A DNA stretch of 64,000 nucleotides. It comes from Alphaproteobacteria bacterium (GTDB lineage Bacteria > Pseudomonadota > Alphaproteobacteria > Bin95). The stretch covers positions 864,001 to 928,000 of the forward strand of contig CAXXWS020000003.1 of the NCBI GenBank assembly GCA_963665325.3. Reading direction: 5' to 3'. Under the pieces are notes generated by a model. It searched no databases and had not been told where the DNA came from. It saw only the letters and a program-made list of their open reading frames with translations. Positions 63,701 through 64,000 of this stretch are shown piece by piece. The position numbers and the translations under genes are program-made. The stretch's first letter is position 1. Each line of letters begins with the position of its first letter.

Positions 63701-64000
63701 GGGCTACCTCATCGAGGTCTCCTTCAACGAAGGCGACTCATGGGCGGCGATCGGGGACGACACGCCCCCAGAGGCTACCGGATATTTCCATCTCCTGGAC
63801 ATGGAGGCCGGCGAAACACGCCTGTACAGGGTGTCGACCATCGCCAACGACGGCATGACAAGCGCCTCAGCGCCGGTGGAGGCGACCGCGACGACCGAGG
63901 CCGCCGGACTGACGGCCACGGGTATCGCCGTCCAGGATGCGCCCGACGGAATGCCGGCGATCGATGTGTGCTGGACACCGGGAAACCCGTCGGTGACCTT
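45736..64000 (+). CDS. giant repetitive adhesin (>6000 codons): lectin-like N-domain, Calx-beta, cadherin-like, SwmB-like and FN3 repeats; in-frame TAG at 46381-46383, -1 frameshift at about 63061, continues past the window
   Basis: ORFs 45736-46383 and 46492-63108 share a frame separated only by one TAG. After 63061 the repeats continue in another frame into an FN3 domain. Signal peptide ..SPANA/QT. Confidence 0.85.
50584..51510 (+). repeat. 3 x 309-bp tandem cadherin-like repeats (related copy near 48955-49260)
   Basis: CGCAAGAGC..GACGCCACGCTCAGC at 50584, 50893 and 51202. Confidence 0.92.
55573..59480 (+). repeat. 1785-bp tandem repeat (2 full + 1 partial copy)
   Basis: CCGACACTGACGATTGCGG at 55573, 57358 and 59143. 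Confidence 0.92.
60500..63610 (+). repeat. ~680-720-bp two-domain tandem repeats
   Basis: DDD(T/E)RGV..TATYTVVLTS units near 60505, 61181, 61861, 62578 and 63264. Confidence 0.85.

Noticed and set aside
1-64000. CRISPR array, rRNA, retron/DGR
   Set aside because: No repeat-spacer array, rRNA-like sequence or reverse transcriptase seen; the long tandem repeats are in-frame coding repeats.

Overview
A GC-rich, probably alphaproteobacterial accessory region (inferred from the tRNA-fMet fragment and a GTTC-N7-GTTC LexA-type box), made of four blocks. (1) 1-19434 is the right part of a tRNA-Met-targeted tyrosine-integrase island. It carries the end of a type-3 BREX locus (pglXI-pglZ-brxA), IclR+ilvE, an intact IS66, a LytTR/DUF2141/Tat-carotenoid-oxygenase cluster, a class III cyclase and an IS1111-type IS110. 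(2) 19423-30100 is a 10.7-kb integrative mobilizable element inserted inside that island's partial-tRNA att site. It encodes a large serine recombinase whose att site lies in its own 3' end, a FitA/VapC TA pair, a MobF relaxase, a candidate structured leader RNA and two TbpB-barrel (Slam-type) surface lipoproteins. (3) 30200-35780 is a triple-nested IS stack (IS4 in IS66 in IS5) plus IS fragments. (4) 35800-64000 is a surface-protein region. A PAS/LuxR-type regulator has four CCTCCC-N4-GGGAGG palindromes nearby, three of them inside a repeated ~170-bp promoter/leader module. The block also holds a Cache protein, an IS21-truncated secreted protein, an orphan ABC substrate-binding protein, and a >18-kb repetitive giant adhesin gene with an in-frame TAG and a -1 frameshift that runs off the window. 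All family assignments come from motif recognition by eye, not from database searches.
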